From Clostridia bacterium (GTDB taxonomy: Bacteria; Bacillota; Clostridia; UMGS1883): a stretch of DNA of 64,000 bases. Below are positions 21,258-29,932 of this stretch, one piece after another. The position numbers and the translations under genes were made by a program. The stretch is taken from positions 2,918 to 66,917 of the forward strand of contig JAZTXM010000002.1 in assembly GCA_045636425.1 (NCBI GenBank), given 5' to 3'. Below the pieces are notes generated by a model. The model saw nothing but the letters and a program-made list of their open reading frames with translations. It searched no databases and had not been told where the DNA came from. The number at the start of each line of letters is the position of its first letter. The first letter of the stretch is position 1.

Positions 21258-23885
21258 ATGACAAAATTTGTTTATCTGTTCAGCGAAGGTAACGCTACCA
21301 TGAGAAATCTTCTCGGTGGTAAGGGTGCTAACCTTGCTGAAATGACCGCTATCGGTCTCCCCGTTCCTCAGGGCTTCACAATCACAACAGAAGCTTGTAC
21401 TCAGTACTATGAGGACGGTCGCAAAATCAATGATGAAATCCAGGGACAGATTATGGAATTCATCACTAAGATGGAGGAAGTTTGCGGAAAGAAGTTTGGC
21501 GATAAGGAAAATCCCCTTCTCGTATCTGTTCGCAGTGGTGCAAGAGCTTCTATGCCCGGTATGATGGATACTATCCTCAACCTCGGTCTTAATGAAGATG
21601 TTGTTGAAGCTATGGCTGCTAAGAGCGGCAATGCAAGATGGGCTTACGACTGCTACAGAAGATTCATCCAGATGTATTCTGACGTAGTTATGGAAGTTGG
21701 TAAGAAGTACTTTGAACAGCTTATCGACGAAATGAAGGAAGCTAAGGGCGTTACTAACGATATCGACCTTACAGCAGAAGACCTTAAGACTCTTGCAGAG
21801 CAGTTCAAGGCTGAATATAAATCAAAAATCGGTACAGACTTCCCCACTGATCCTAAGGAACAGCTTATGGGTGCTATCGAAGCCGTTTTCCGTTCATGGG
21901 ACAACCCCCGTGCAAACGTTTACCGTCGTGACAATGATATTCCCTATTCTTGGGGTACCGCTGTTAACGTACAGATGATGGCATTCGGTAACATGGGTGA
22001 TGACTGCGGTACAGGTGTTGCTTTCACACGTGACCCCGCTACAGGCGAAAGAGGTCTTATGGGTGAATTCCTTGTAAATGCACAGGGTGAAGACGTTGTT
22101 GCAGGCGTTCGTACTCCCATGCCTATCGCTCAGATGGCTGAGAAGTTCCCCGAAGCATTTGAAGAATTCAATAAAGTTTGTGCTATTTTGGAAGACCACT
22201 ACAGAGATATGCAGGATATGGAGTTCACTGTTGAAAACAGAAAGCTCTATATGCTTCAGACTCGTAACGGTAAGAGAACTGCTAAGGCTGCTCTTAAGAT
22301 TGCATGTGACCTTGTTGACGAGGGCATGATCGATAAGAAGAAGGCTGTTGCAATGATCGATCCCAGAAACCTTGATACACTTCTTCATCCTCAGTTCGAC
22401 GCTAAGGCTCTCAAGGCTGCTACACCTATCGGTAAGGGTCTTGGTGCATCTCCCGGTGCTGCTTGCGGTAAAATCGTATTCACAGCAGAAGATGCAGAGG
22501 CTTGGAACGCAAGAGGCGAAAAGGTAGTTCTTGTTCGTCTTGAAACTTCTCCCGAAGATATCACAGGTATGAAGGCTTCTCAGGGTATTCTTACTGTTCG
22601 TGGCGGTATGACATCTCACGCAGCAGTTGTTGCTCGTGGTATGGGTACATGCTGTGTTTCCGGTTGCGGCGACATCAACATGGACGAAGAAAACAAGAAG
22701 TTTACACTTGCAGGTAAGACCTTCACCGAAGGCGATGCAATTTCTATAGATGGTTCTACAGGTAATATCTACGACGGTATTATCCCCACAGTTGATGCTG
22801 AAATCGCAGGCGAATTCGGCAGAATCATGCAGTGGGCTGATGAGTTCAGAACTCTTAAGGTTAGAACAAACGCTGATACACCCGCTGATGCTAAGAAGGC
22901 TCGTGAGCTTGGTGCAGAAGGTATCGGTCTTTGCCGTACAGAGCATATGTTCTTCGAGGCTGAAAGAATCGCTGCATTCCGCGAAATGATCTGTGCTGAC
23001 ACAGTAGAAGAAAGAGAAGCAGCTCTTGAAAAGATTCTTCCCTATCAGCAGGGCGACTTTGAAGCTCTTTACGAGGCTCTTGAAGGTAACCCCGTTACTA
23101 TCCGTTTCCTCGATCCTCCGCTTCACGAGTTCGTTCCCACAGAAGAAGCTGACATTGAGGCACTTGCAAAGGCTCAGGGTAAGAGTGTTGCTGACATTAA
23201 GGCTATCATCGCTTCTCTTCACGAGTTCAACCCCATGATGGGTCACCGTGGTTGCCGTCTTGCAGTAACATATCCTGAAATTGCTAAGATGCAGACAAAG
23301 GCAGTTATCCGTGCTGCTATCAACGTTAAGAAGGCTCATCCCGATTGGAACCTCGTTCCCGAGATTATGATTCCCCTTGTTGGCGATATTAAAGAGCTTA
23401 AGTATGTTAAGAACGATGTAGTAGCTACAGCAGATGCTGAAATCGCTCAGGCTGGTGCTGACCTCAAGTACGAAGTTGGTACAATGATCGAAATCCCCAG
23501 AGCTGCTCTTACAGCAGACGACATCGCTAAGGAAGCTGAGTTCTTCTGCTTCGGTACAAACGACCTTACACAGATGACATACGGCTTCTCTCGTGATGAT
23601 GCAGGTAAGTTCCTTGACGCTTACTACGATGCAAAGATTTTCGAAAACGATCCCTTTGCTAAGCTTGACCAGACAGGTGTTGGTAAGCTTATGGAAATGG
23701 CAGTTGAACTTGGTAAGAAGGTTCGTCCCGAAATGCACTGCGGTATCTGCGGTGAGCACGGCGGTGACCCCGTTTCCGTTGAGTTCTGCCACCAGATCGG
23801 TCTTGATTATGTATCTTGCTCACCTTTCCGTGTGCCGATTGCTCGTCTTGCAGCGGCTCAGGCTAAGATTAAGGAAGAAGCGTAA
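21258..23885 (+). CDS. ppdK: Pyruvate, phosphate dikinase
   Basis: LGGKGANLAEM, GGMTSHAAVVAR (phospho-His) and GICGEHGGDP motifs; strong codon bias. Confidence 0.98.
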   Translation: MTKFVYLFSEGNATMRNLLGGKGANLAEMTAIGLPVPQGFTITTEACTQYYEDGRKINDEIQGQIMEFITKMEEVCGKKFGDKENPLLVSVRSGARASMPGMMDTILNLGLNEDVVEAMAAKSGNARWAYDCYRRFIQMYSDVVMEVGKKYFEQLIDEMKEAKGVTNDIDLTAEDLKTLAEQFKAEYKSKIGTDFPTDPKEQLMGAIEAVFRSWDNPRANVYRRDNDIPYSWGTAVNVQMMAFGNMGDDCGTGVAFTRDPATGERGLMGEFLVNAQGEDVVAGVRTPMPIAQMAEKFPEAFEEFNKVCAILEDHYRDMQDMEFTVENRKLYMLQTRNGKRTAKAALKIACDLVDEGMIDKKKAVAMIDPRNLDTLLHPQFDAKALKAATPIGKGLGASPGAACGKIVFTAEDAEAWNARGEKVVLVRLETSPEDITGMKASQGILTVRGGMTSHAAVVARGMGTCCVSGCGDINMDEENKKFTLAGKTFTEGDAISIDGSTGNIYDGIIPTVDAEIAGEFGRIMQWADEFRTLKVRTNADTPADAKKARELGAEGIGLCRTEHMFFEAERIAAFREMICADTVEEREAALEKILPYQQGDFEALYEALEGNPVTIRFLDPPLHEFVPTEEADIEALAKAQGKSVADIKAIIASLHEFNPMMGHRGCRLAVTYPEIAKMQTKAVIRAAINVKKAHPDWNLVPEIMIPLVGDIKELKYVKNDVVATADAEIAQAGADLKYEVGTMIEIPRAALTADDIAKEAEFFCFGTNDLTQMTYGFSRDDAGKFLDAYYDAKIFENDPFAKLDQTGVGKLMEMAVELGKKVRPEMHCGICGEHGGDPVSVEFCHQIGLDYVSCSPFRVPIARLAAAQAKIKEEA

Positions 23886-23887
23886 GC

Positions 23888-24029
23888 GGATGGCAACGCC
23901 ATCCTTTCGAAGCGAAAAGTTTCTAACGAAAATATTTCGCTTCGAGGAAAGGGCTTTCGCTCGCGCGGCACTCACCGTGCCAGCCCTTGCAAGGTGTTAA
24001 AATCGAGGTACACGCCCCCGATTTTAACG
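23888..24029. repeat. Cluster of four stem-loops after ppdK
   Basis: GGATGGC-AAC-GCCATCC; TCGAAGCGAAA...TTTCGCTTCGA; AAGGGCT...AGCCCTT; GTTAAAATCG...CGATTTTAAC. Confidence 0.55.
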
Positions 24030-24043
24030 GATTATATAGTATT

Positions 24044-24079
24044 AAACAGGAGTGAATTTTTCCACTCCTGTTTTTGTGT
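24044..24079 (+). terminator. Rho-independent terminator of ppdK
   Basis: AAACAGGAGTG...CACTCCTGTTTTT hairpin with T tract. Confidence 0.8.
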
Positions 24080-24193
24080 CCACAATTTTAAGTTCCTTTC
24101 TTAAGGCAAACTTCGTTATCACTTAGCCGAAAGAAAGTAATTCGCAACATAATAACAAACGAATATTTTCTTCATTTATATAGTATAATATTA

Positions 24194-24266
24194 TTGACAA
24201 AAGTAATTTGATATGATAAAATTCAATTAAGTTAGTTAAAATTACTTATTTTAACTAACTTAATTG
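24194..24266 (+). promoter_or_regulatory. SigmaA promoter with perfect 19-bp inverted-repeat operator
   Basis: TTGACA(24194)-N17-TAAAAT(24217) with TGn extension, followed by CAATTAAGTTAGTTAAAAT-TACTT-ATTTTAACTAACTTAATTG. Confidence 0.75.
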
Positions 24267-24311
24267 TTTGAAAATGCATTATTTGAGTTTTTAAAAAGGA
24301 GAATAACTAAT

Positions 24312-25505
24312 ATGAACTATGTTTCCTTATCTCATCTGTATTACAAAAACAAAGAAGAATATAAAACTTTATACAACCAAAGGATATCGTCTGAATCCAC
24401 CTGTATACTTCCAATAAAAATCGGAAATAACAATGCGTTTTATTGTCTGTGCCCAGAGATTTATAGTATTAGCTTTAAAATACTGCAGTTGGATAAAAAA
24501 GTTGCAACAGTCACGTCAATTCTCCCCAACGAGGCATTGATGCAATTTACAAAGAAATGTTTGGTTGATGAAATCAAGCTTACAAATGATATTGAGGGTG
24601 TTTACAGCACAAGAAAAGAGCTTTCCTCAGTATTAAAAGAAATGAACAGCAAAGGAAAGAAGAAACGGTTTTACGGGCTGCTGAATAAATACAGTATGCT
24701 GATGGATGATGAAGAATTTCCTTTGCGTACATCTAACGACATTAGGAGTATTTATGATGATTTAGTTTTTAGTGAAGTAGTTGAGGATTGTCCCGACAAT
24801 GCTCCCGACGGTGAAATTTTCAGAAAAGAGATGGCTGAAGTAACAACCAATACTCAAAAAGTAATACATCGGGGAGCTTATCCCGAAACTAAAATCATTC
24901 AGCTTATGGAGCAATCTCTTAATATTTTAAGCCAAGATGAAATCCCCCCGCTAATAAGGATTTCCATTTTCCATTATCTTTTTGGATATATCCATCCTTT
25001 TTACGACGGTAACGGAAGAACTTCCCGTTTTATAAGCAGTTATCTTCTTTCAAAGGAGTTTGAGTATCTAATAGGATTCAGGCTTTCGTACACAATAAAG
25101 GCAAATATAAAAAAATACTATGATGCATTTGAGGAATGCAATAATGAAAAGAATCTTGGCGATTTAACCCCGTTTATAATTATGTTTCTCGGAATCATTC
25201 TCGAGTCATTTGAAAACTTATATGATGCATTGAAAAAAAGGCATAATCAATTATCAGAATATTATGATACTCTTAAAAACAATTCACAAATGCCGGATTC
25301 TCTCAAAAACTTTGTTTTTATTTTAATACAAGCCTCATTATTTTCTGATGAAGGACTGACTAAAAAAGAGCTGGAATCCGAATTGAATATTAGTCCTTCA
25401 ACAATAGATAAACGTCTTACAAAGTTAAAGACAATGGATATACTTATAGAGGACAAAAGTGGAAAAGCCGTTAAATATTTAATAGATCTAAACAAGCTAT
25501 CATAA
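24312..25505 (+). CDS. Fic family protein (class II) with C-terminal winged HTH
   Basis: Catalytic HPFYDGNGRTSR motif, N-terminal inhibitory TNDIEG (S/T-x-x-x-E-G), and C-terminal TKKELESELNISPSTIDKRL HTH. AT-rich; ATG follows AAGGAG. Confidence 0.92.
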   Translation: MNYVSLSHLYYKNKEEYKTLYNQRISSESTCILPIKIGNNNAFYCLCPEIYSISFKILQLDKKVATVTSILPNEALMQFTKKCLVDEIKLTNDIEGVYSTRKELSSVLKEMNSKGKKKRFYGLLNKYSMLMDDEEFPLRTSNDIRSIYDDLVFSEVVEDCPDNAPDGEIFRKEMAEVTTNTQKVIHRGAYPETKIIQLMEQSLNILSQDEIPPLIRISIFHYLFGYIHPFYDGNGRTSRFISSYLLSKEFEYLIGFRLSYTIKANIKKYYDAFEECNNEKNLGDLTPFIIMFLGIILESFENLYDALKKRHNQLSEYYDTLKNNSQMPDSLKNFVFILIQASLFSDEGLTKKELESELNISPSTIDKRLTKLKTMDILIEDKSGKAVKYLIDLNKLS

Positions 25506-25578
25506 GAACAATCATCTCAATTTTTTGTGCCAATGGAGATGGAAACGCCCTCACTTTTAACGAATCTGATAGAAAACA

Positions 25579-25613
25579 AAACAGGAGTAGTTTTTTCGAC
25601 TCCTGTTTTGTGT
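25579..25613 (+). terminator. Rho-independent terminator after fic (paralogous to ppdK terminator)
   Basis: AAACAGGAGT...ACTCCTGTTTT, the same stem as at 24044. Confidence 0.75.
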
Positions 25614-25670
25614 TATGCAAAGATTTCAAAAAAGTTGTTGTATAAATTCTGAAACTATGGTAAAATAAAT

Positions 25671-25829
25671 TTGCGACACAGTTGAATAATTACACAAGAA
25701 ACGGCAAACGTTTTACTTTGGTAAAAACGTATGCCTTGACGCCATGCCGTTTCTTGGTTATTGGACTGTGTCGCAACAGGTCAGGCTGCGTTTTTCGGTG
25801 CGTTGCCCCCTGTGGTGACGCACTTTTTT
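25671..25829 (+). ncRNA. Candidate small RNA or attenuated leader: long hairpin plus terminator
   Basis: Promoter TTGTAT-N17-TAAAAT (25638-25666). TTGCGACACAG/CTGTGTCGCAA and CAAGAAACGGCA/TGCCGTTTCTTG stems, then terminator GTGCGTTGCC/GGTGACGCAC-TTTTTT. Confidence 0.55.
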
Positions 25830-25866
25830 ATTGTCTGGAATTTTAAGATATAAAAGGGGGATTCAT

Positions 25867-26259
25867 ATGCCGGACTATCAAGAAACACTGACAATAGATG
25901 CATGCTTTGGTATTGATGAAGAACACAAGCTTTTTCGGTTTATCATAGAGGGCTGTACGGAAATATTACCTGTATGCAATATAGAATCCTGCATGGTAAT
26001 GGCTGATTGGGGTGCTTTGAATAAAAACTTATTTCACGACGAAGAAGTTATCCCCGGATTAGGAAAGATTCCTTTTATAAACGATATGAGAGAGTTTTCT
26101 AAAGCTGTTTCGGGGAGCGATGTTTTCCTTACAATTCATTTTCAAAACAACAGTGGAAACCTGAAAATTTTCAAAAAAAGGTACTCGCACGATGACAGTG
26201 AAGTCCGCCGTTTAGCATCAAAAATTAATAACATTGTAAATTCCAATCCCTCTGTGTAA
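25867..26259 (+). CDS. Hypothetical protein (130 aa)
   Basis: AAAGGGGG RBS then ATG; no family recognised with certainty. Confidence 0.6.
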   Translation: MPDYQETLTIDACFGIDEEHKLFRFIIEGCTEILPVCNIESCMVMADWGALNKNLFHDEEVIPGLGKIPFINDMREFSKAVSGSDVFLTIHFQNNSGNLKIFKKRYSHDDSEVRRLASKINNIVNSNPSV

Positions 26260-26297
26260 TATTTCTTGACAAGACGTTTTTTTATAATTATAAATAT

Positions 26298-26327
26298 AAA
26301 AAAGAACATCTTTCGATGTTCTTTTTG
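26298..26327. terminator. Bidirectional terminator
   Basis: AAAAAGAACATC-TTTC-GATGTTCTTTTT between convergent genes. Confidence 0.75.
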
Positions 26328-26329
26328 TT

Positions 26330-27520
26330 TTATATCAAATCACTAAGCTTTGGGAAAACCTCGATACTTCTTTTCAGGATTCCGTTTATATATGCAATCA
26401 GAATTCCATAATTGGTAAACGGAATCTTTTGCATTTTTGCCTTTTCCATACGGCTCATCACTTCACGCTCATTTATCATACAGCCGCCGCAGTGAATGAC
26501 CATTTTATACTCCGAAACATTTTCGGGGAAATCCCTGCCCGAAGTAAATTCAAAGGTTATATCCTTCCCCGTGTGTTTTTTAATCCATGCGGGGATTTTT
26601 ACCGTTCCGATGTCGTTACACTGCCTGTGATGGGTGCATCCCTCGGCGATTAAAATTTTATCACCGTCTTGCAGTTTCTCTATTACGCTTACGGCTTTTA
26701 CCGCTTCGTCAAGAATCCCCTTATACTTTGCAAAAAGTATGGAAAAAGAAGTAAGGAGAATACCTTCTGGAATTATTTTTGAAACCTCACCGAATGCCTG
26801 ACTGTCAGTTATAACAACCGAAATCTTTTTTCCGAAAGTTTCAATTACGCTTTTTAGTTCTTCTACTTGTACTACTAAGGTTACAGCACCTATATCAAGC
26901 AGATTTCGAAGCACGTTTTGCTGAGGAAGAATTATTCTGCCCTTTGGTGCGGATTCATCAATGGGAGTTACCAGAACGACCAAATCGCCCTTTTTTACAA
27001 AGGAATCCACAATTTGCATTTTATTCGATTTTTTGGGAATAAGCTCGCCCAGTTTTTCTTTAAGCTCAGCTATCCCCTCACCCGTTAGTGCACTTACATA
27101 AAACAAATCGCTCTTTCTTTCGGAAAGGGTGTCGGCTTTATTATACACTATTATATAAGGAATCTTTTTCTCCTTAAAAAGCTCCTCTATCTCCCTGTCT
27201 TTATCCGTCATTCCTTTATTTGCATCACACACAAGCACTGCTGCATCCGTGCCCTGAAGTGCTTTTTTTGTGTTTTCTATGCGTTTTTCACCCAATATAC
27301 TTGTATCGTCAAAGCCGGGGGTATCAATTATCAGTACCGGCCCTATGGGAAGAAGCTCCATTGCCTTTCTCACAACGTCGGTGGTTGTTCCCGATACTTC
27401 CGATACAAGTGCCGTTTCCTGTGACGTAACGGCATTTACTATGCTGGATTTACCTGCATTGGTGCATCCGAAAAAGCCTATATGAACCCTTTCGGATGAG
27501 GTTTGTAAGTTAAGGCTCAT
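26330..27520 (-). CDS. hydF: [FeFe]-hydrogenase maturation GTPase HydF
   Basis: P-loop GCTNAGKSS, PIDESAPKGRIILPQ, EGCTHH and HCGGCM Fe-S ligands. Confidence 0.95.
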   Translation of the reverse strand: MSLNLQTSSERVHIGFFGCTNAGKSSIVNAVTSQETALVSEVSGTTTDVVRKAMELLPIGPVLIIDTPGFDDTSILGEKRIENTKKALQGTDAAVLVCDANKGMTDKDREIEELFKEKKIPYIIVYNKADTLSERKSDLFYVSALTGEGIAELKEKLGELIPKKSNKMQIVDSFVKKGDLVVLVTPIDESAPKGRIILPQQNVLRNLLDIGAVTLVVQVEELKSVIETFGKKISVVITDSQAFGEVSKIIPEGILLTSFSILFAKYKGILDEAVKAVSVIEKLQDGDKILIAEGCTHHRQCNDIGTVKIPAWIKKHTGKDITFEFTSGRDFPENVSEYKMVIHCGGCMINEREVMSRMEKAKMQKIPFTNYGILIAYINGILKRSIEVFPKLSDLI

Positions 27521-27786
27521 TGCACTCCGCCTTCCTTTGCTCCCACATTTGAAAATGTAGCTTTTACATTAACATTGGAGAGCTTACCTATTTTCCCTGA
27601 AAGAGCACTGATTACGCTCTGTGGTGCATCCATTGCAATGGCAATGATATTAATATTTCTCTCTCTGTAAGGAAGTCCCATTCTGCCGATAATAAATTCT
27701 CCGTATTCATGAAGAATTTCATTAAGCTTTGGAACGGAAGAAGGCTCCTCAACTATAATCGAAAGAAGTGCTACTCTTGTTTCCAT
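27517..27786 (-). CDS. TM1266 family iron-only hydrogenase system putative regulator
   Basis: METRVALLSIIVE...LNEILHEYGEFIIGRMGLPY...ISALSGKIGKL; adjacent to hydF. Confidence 0.9.
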   Translation of the reverse strand: METRVALLSIIVEEPSSVPKLNEILHEYGEFIIGRMGLPYRERNINIIAIAMDAPQSVISALSGKIGKLSNVNVKATFSNVGAKEGGVQ

Positions 27787-27802
27787 AATAAATATCCGCC
27801 TT

Positions 27803-28210
27803 TTACTTATTCTTCGGATTGACGATATCACGCCAGTCAAGGTCACCCCTCTGAAGACCGTGGATAAGTACTTCTGCTGTAGCAACGTTTGTCGCAAGGG
27901 GTACATTATGCACGTCACAAAGGCGGAAAAGTGCACTTACGTCAGGCTCGTGAGGCTGTGCCGTAAGCGGGTCACGGAAGAACAGTACAAGGTCAATTTC
28001 ATCATATGCAATGTGTGCACCTATCTGCTGGTCACCGCCCTGGGGACCCGACAGAAAGCGATGCACATCAAGACCGGTGGCCTCTATAATAAGACCGCCT
28101 GTTGTTCCTGTGGCAAAAAGCTTATGTTTGGAAAGAATTCCTTTATAAGCAATACAAAACTGAACCATAAGTTCCTTTTTCTTATCATGAGCAATTAAAG
28201 CAATATTCAT
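27803..28210 (-). CDS. mgsA: Methylglyoxal synthase
   Basis: [27 protein letters not shown] and HEPDV motifs. Confidence 0.97.
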   Translation of the reverse strand: MNIALIAHDKKKELMVQFCIAYKGILSKHKLFATGTTGGLIIEATGLDVHRFLSGPQGGDQQIGAHIAYDEIDLVLFFRDPLTAQPHEPDVSALFRLCDVHNVPLATNVATAEVLIHGLQRGDLDWRDIVNPKNK

Positions 28211-28467
28211 CCTAAGTAATTCTCCTCCTTAATCGGGATTGATGCAGACAGCACATATTCAAGTCCGTGCCTGCACGTTACCGAAACCTGCGGCGGCATT
28301 TCACTGCCCGTGCAATATCTAAGAAGCACCGCCGAAACCTCTTTTTTTATTTTCTCTAATGTTTTACTCTGTGTTACATTTATTCTATCATTTTTTATTA
28401 CAGATTTCAATCTGTTTTTTGCTTCTGTTACACTTTGGCTTTTAAGCCGTGCAAAAAACATTCTCAT
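28207..28467 (-). CDS. minE: Cell division topological specificity factor MinE
   Basis: [17 protein letters not shown] motif; follows minD. Confidence 0.8.
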   Translation of the reverse strand: MRMFFARLKSQSVTEAKNRLKSVIKNDRINVTQSKTLEKIKKEVSAVLLRYCTGSEMPPQVSVTCRHGLEYVLSASIPIKEENYLG

Positions 28468-28468
28468 T

Positions 28469-29257
28469 CTATGCCCTCCGCTTTTTTTGAAAGAGTCTTT
28501 CAAAAAAGCTCTGTTTAAGTTTCATCAAATCAACATTCTCGCCATTAAGACGGGAGGCAATATTCCTGTAGGCTTGTCCGCTGCGGGAGTTATTCATGGC
28601 ACAAACATATTCACCTTTATTTGCCGCTACAATAATATCCTCATCATCAGGAACAACTCCGAGCAGGTCTATCGCCAAAATATCAAGCATATCTTCAATG
28701 CCGAGCATGCTTCCGTTTTCAACCATTTTAGGTCTTAATTTATTGATTACAAGCTTAATTTCTTTTATATCATGCTTTTCCAAAAGCCCTATAATTCTGT
28801 CGGCATCTCTTACGCTTGAAACCTCCGGCATTGCAACCACGATTGCCTTCTTTGCCGCGGCAACGGCATTTTCAAAGCCCTGTTCAATGCCTGCAGGACA
28901 GTCAATGAGTATGTAATCAAAGCTGTCTTCCATTTTTCTTACAAGATGCTTCATCTGAGTTGTGGTAACGGCACTTTTATCCCTTGACTGTGCCGCCGGA
29001 AGAAGAAAAAGCCCCTCATATCTCTTATCCCTGACAAGTGCCTTTTCATAGGGGACACGGTCTTCAACCACATCTACAAGGTCGTAAACAATTCTGTTTT
29101 CCACGCCCATAATTACATCGAGGTTTCTAAGCCCGATATCGGTATCTATCATTACAACTTTTTTCCCTGTGAGTGCCAGCGCGGCACCTATATTTGCAGT
29201 AGTGGTGGTTTTTCCTACTCCGCCCTTACCGCTTGTTATAACTATTATTTCGCACAT
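28469..29257 (-). CDS. minD: Septum site-determining ATPase MinD
   Basis: TSGKGGVGKTT, DIGLRNLD and DCPAGIEQGF motifs. Confidence 0.97.
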   Translation of the reverse strand: MCEIIVITSGKGGVGKTTTTANIGAALALTGKKVVMIDTDIGLRNLDVIMGVENRIVYDLVDVVEDRVPYEKALVRDKRYEGLFLLPAAQSRDKSAVTTTQMKHLVRKMEDSFDYILIDCPAGIEQGFENAVAAAKKAIVVAMPEVSSVRDADRIIGLLEKHDIKEIKLVINKLRPKMVENGSMLGIEDMLDILAIDLLGVVPDDEDIIVAANKGEYVCAMNNSRSGQAYRNIASRLNGENVDLMKLKQSFFERLFQKKRRA

Positions 29258-29313
29258 TTTCTTCACCCCACGGGTTATTTTATCATAATTTCTTCTCAAG
29301 GTCTATATTAAAA

Positions 29314-29904
29314 TCATAAACTCTGTAAGATTATTTCGCCATTTTCCGCCACTGCCGTTGCCGCGGCGACATTTTCATTCCTTTTGTTATAAGAACAGAC
29401 CTTTCCTATTCTTATCTGCGAGGGCTGCATATAGGCGGCATATACTTTTCCGCTTCCCGTTATATGGGCGACTCCCCTGAGCGCCCCAATCACGGTTATG
29501 TTCCCCTTTGCCTTTACATATGCCCCCGGATTTACGTCACCGTAGATTATAACATCACCTCGGCTTATGAGCGTTTCTCCGCTTCTTAGCGATTTTTCAA
29601 CCACAAGGCATATATTTTCTCCGTCATCTAAAGAATACTCAATCTGCTTTTGCGAAAGGCAATGCTTTTTCACCAGCATTGCATCCTTTTTAAAAAGCTT
29701 TTTTAATGCTAATTCCAGCCGCATTTCCTGATTATATTTAAGCTTTATTCCGCTGTAGGAAATCTGCGTGTGGGAATTTTCAAAAAAGCCTTTTTTATCA
29801 TTGGTGAGATTTTCAAGCTCCTCAATGGCTTCCGAAAAAGAAATGTCCCCGTTAAAACACAGTTCTATTTCCTTTCCGTGACCTTTTATCGTAAGAGGAC
29901 TCAT
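29314..29904 (-). CDS. minC: Septum site-determining protein MinC
   Basis: SLRSGE...GDVIIYGDVNPGA...GALRGVAH C-terminal motif. Confidence 0.9.
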   Translation of the reverse strand: MSPLTIKGHGKEIELCFNGDISFSEAIEELENLTNDKKGFFENSHTQISYSGIKLKYNQEMRLELALKKLFKKDAMLVKKHCLSQKQIEYSLDDGENICLVVEKSLRSGETLISRGDVIIYGDVNPGAYVKAKGNITVIGALRGVAHITGSGKVYAAYMQPSQIRIGKVCSYNKRNENVAAATAVAENGEIILQSL

Positions 29905-29932
29905 ATTAAACCTCCCTTAAAAGTCTCCGATA

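Noticed and set aside
21894-23792. 632-aa ORF antisense to ppdK (similar shadows opposite aspS, prs, the capD-like gene and pheT)
   Set aside because: In-register antisense ORFs arise from strong codon bias of the sense gene; no RBS or protein motifs were seen.
24130-24175. Possible dif site near the switch from plus- to minus-strand gene orientation
   Set aside because: Only a partial XerD-like arm (TTATGTTG on minus) with no XerC arm. GC skew cannot be assessed reliably by eye, so no terminus is claimed.
26266-26297. TTGACA followed by AT-rich -10-like sequence pointing antisense into hydF
   Set aside because: It is immediately followed by a bidirectional terminator in very AT-rich DNA, so it is probably a chance match or a remnant.
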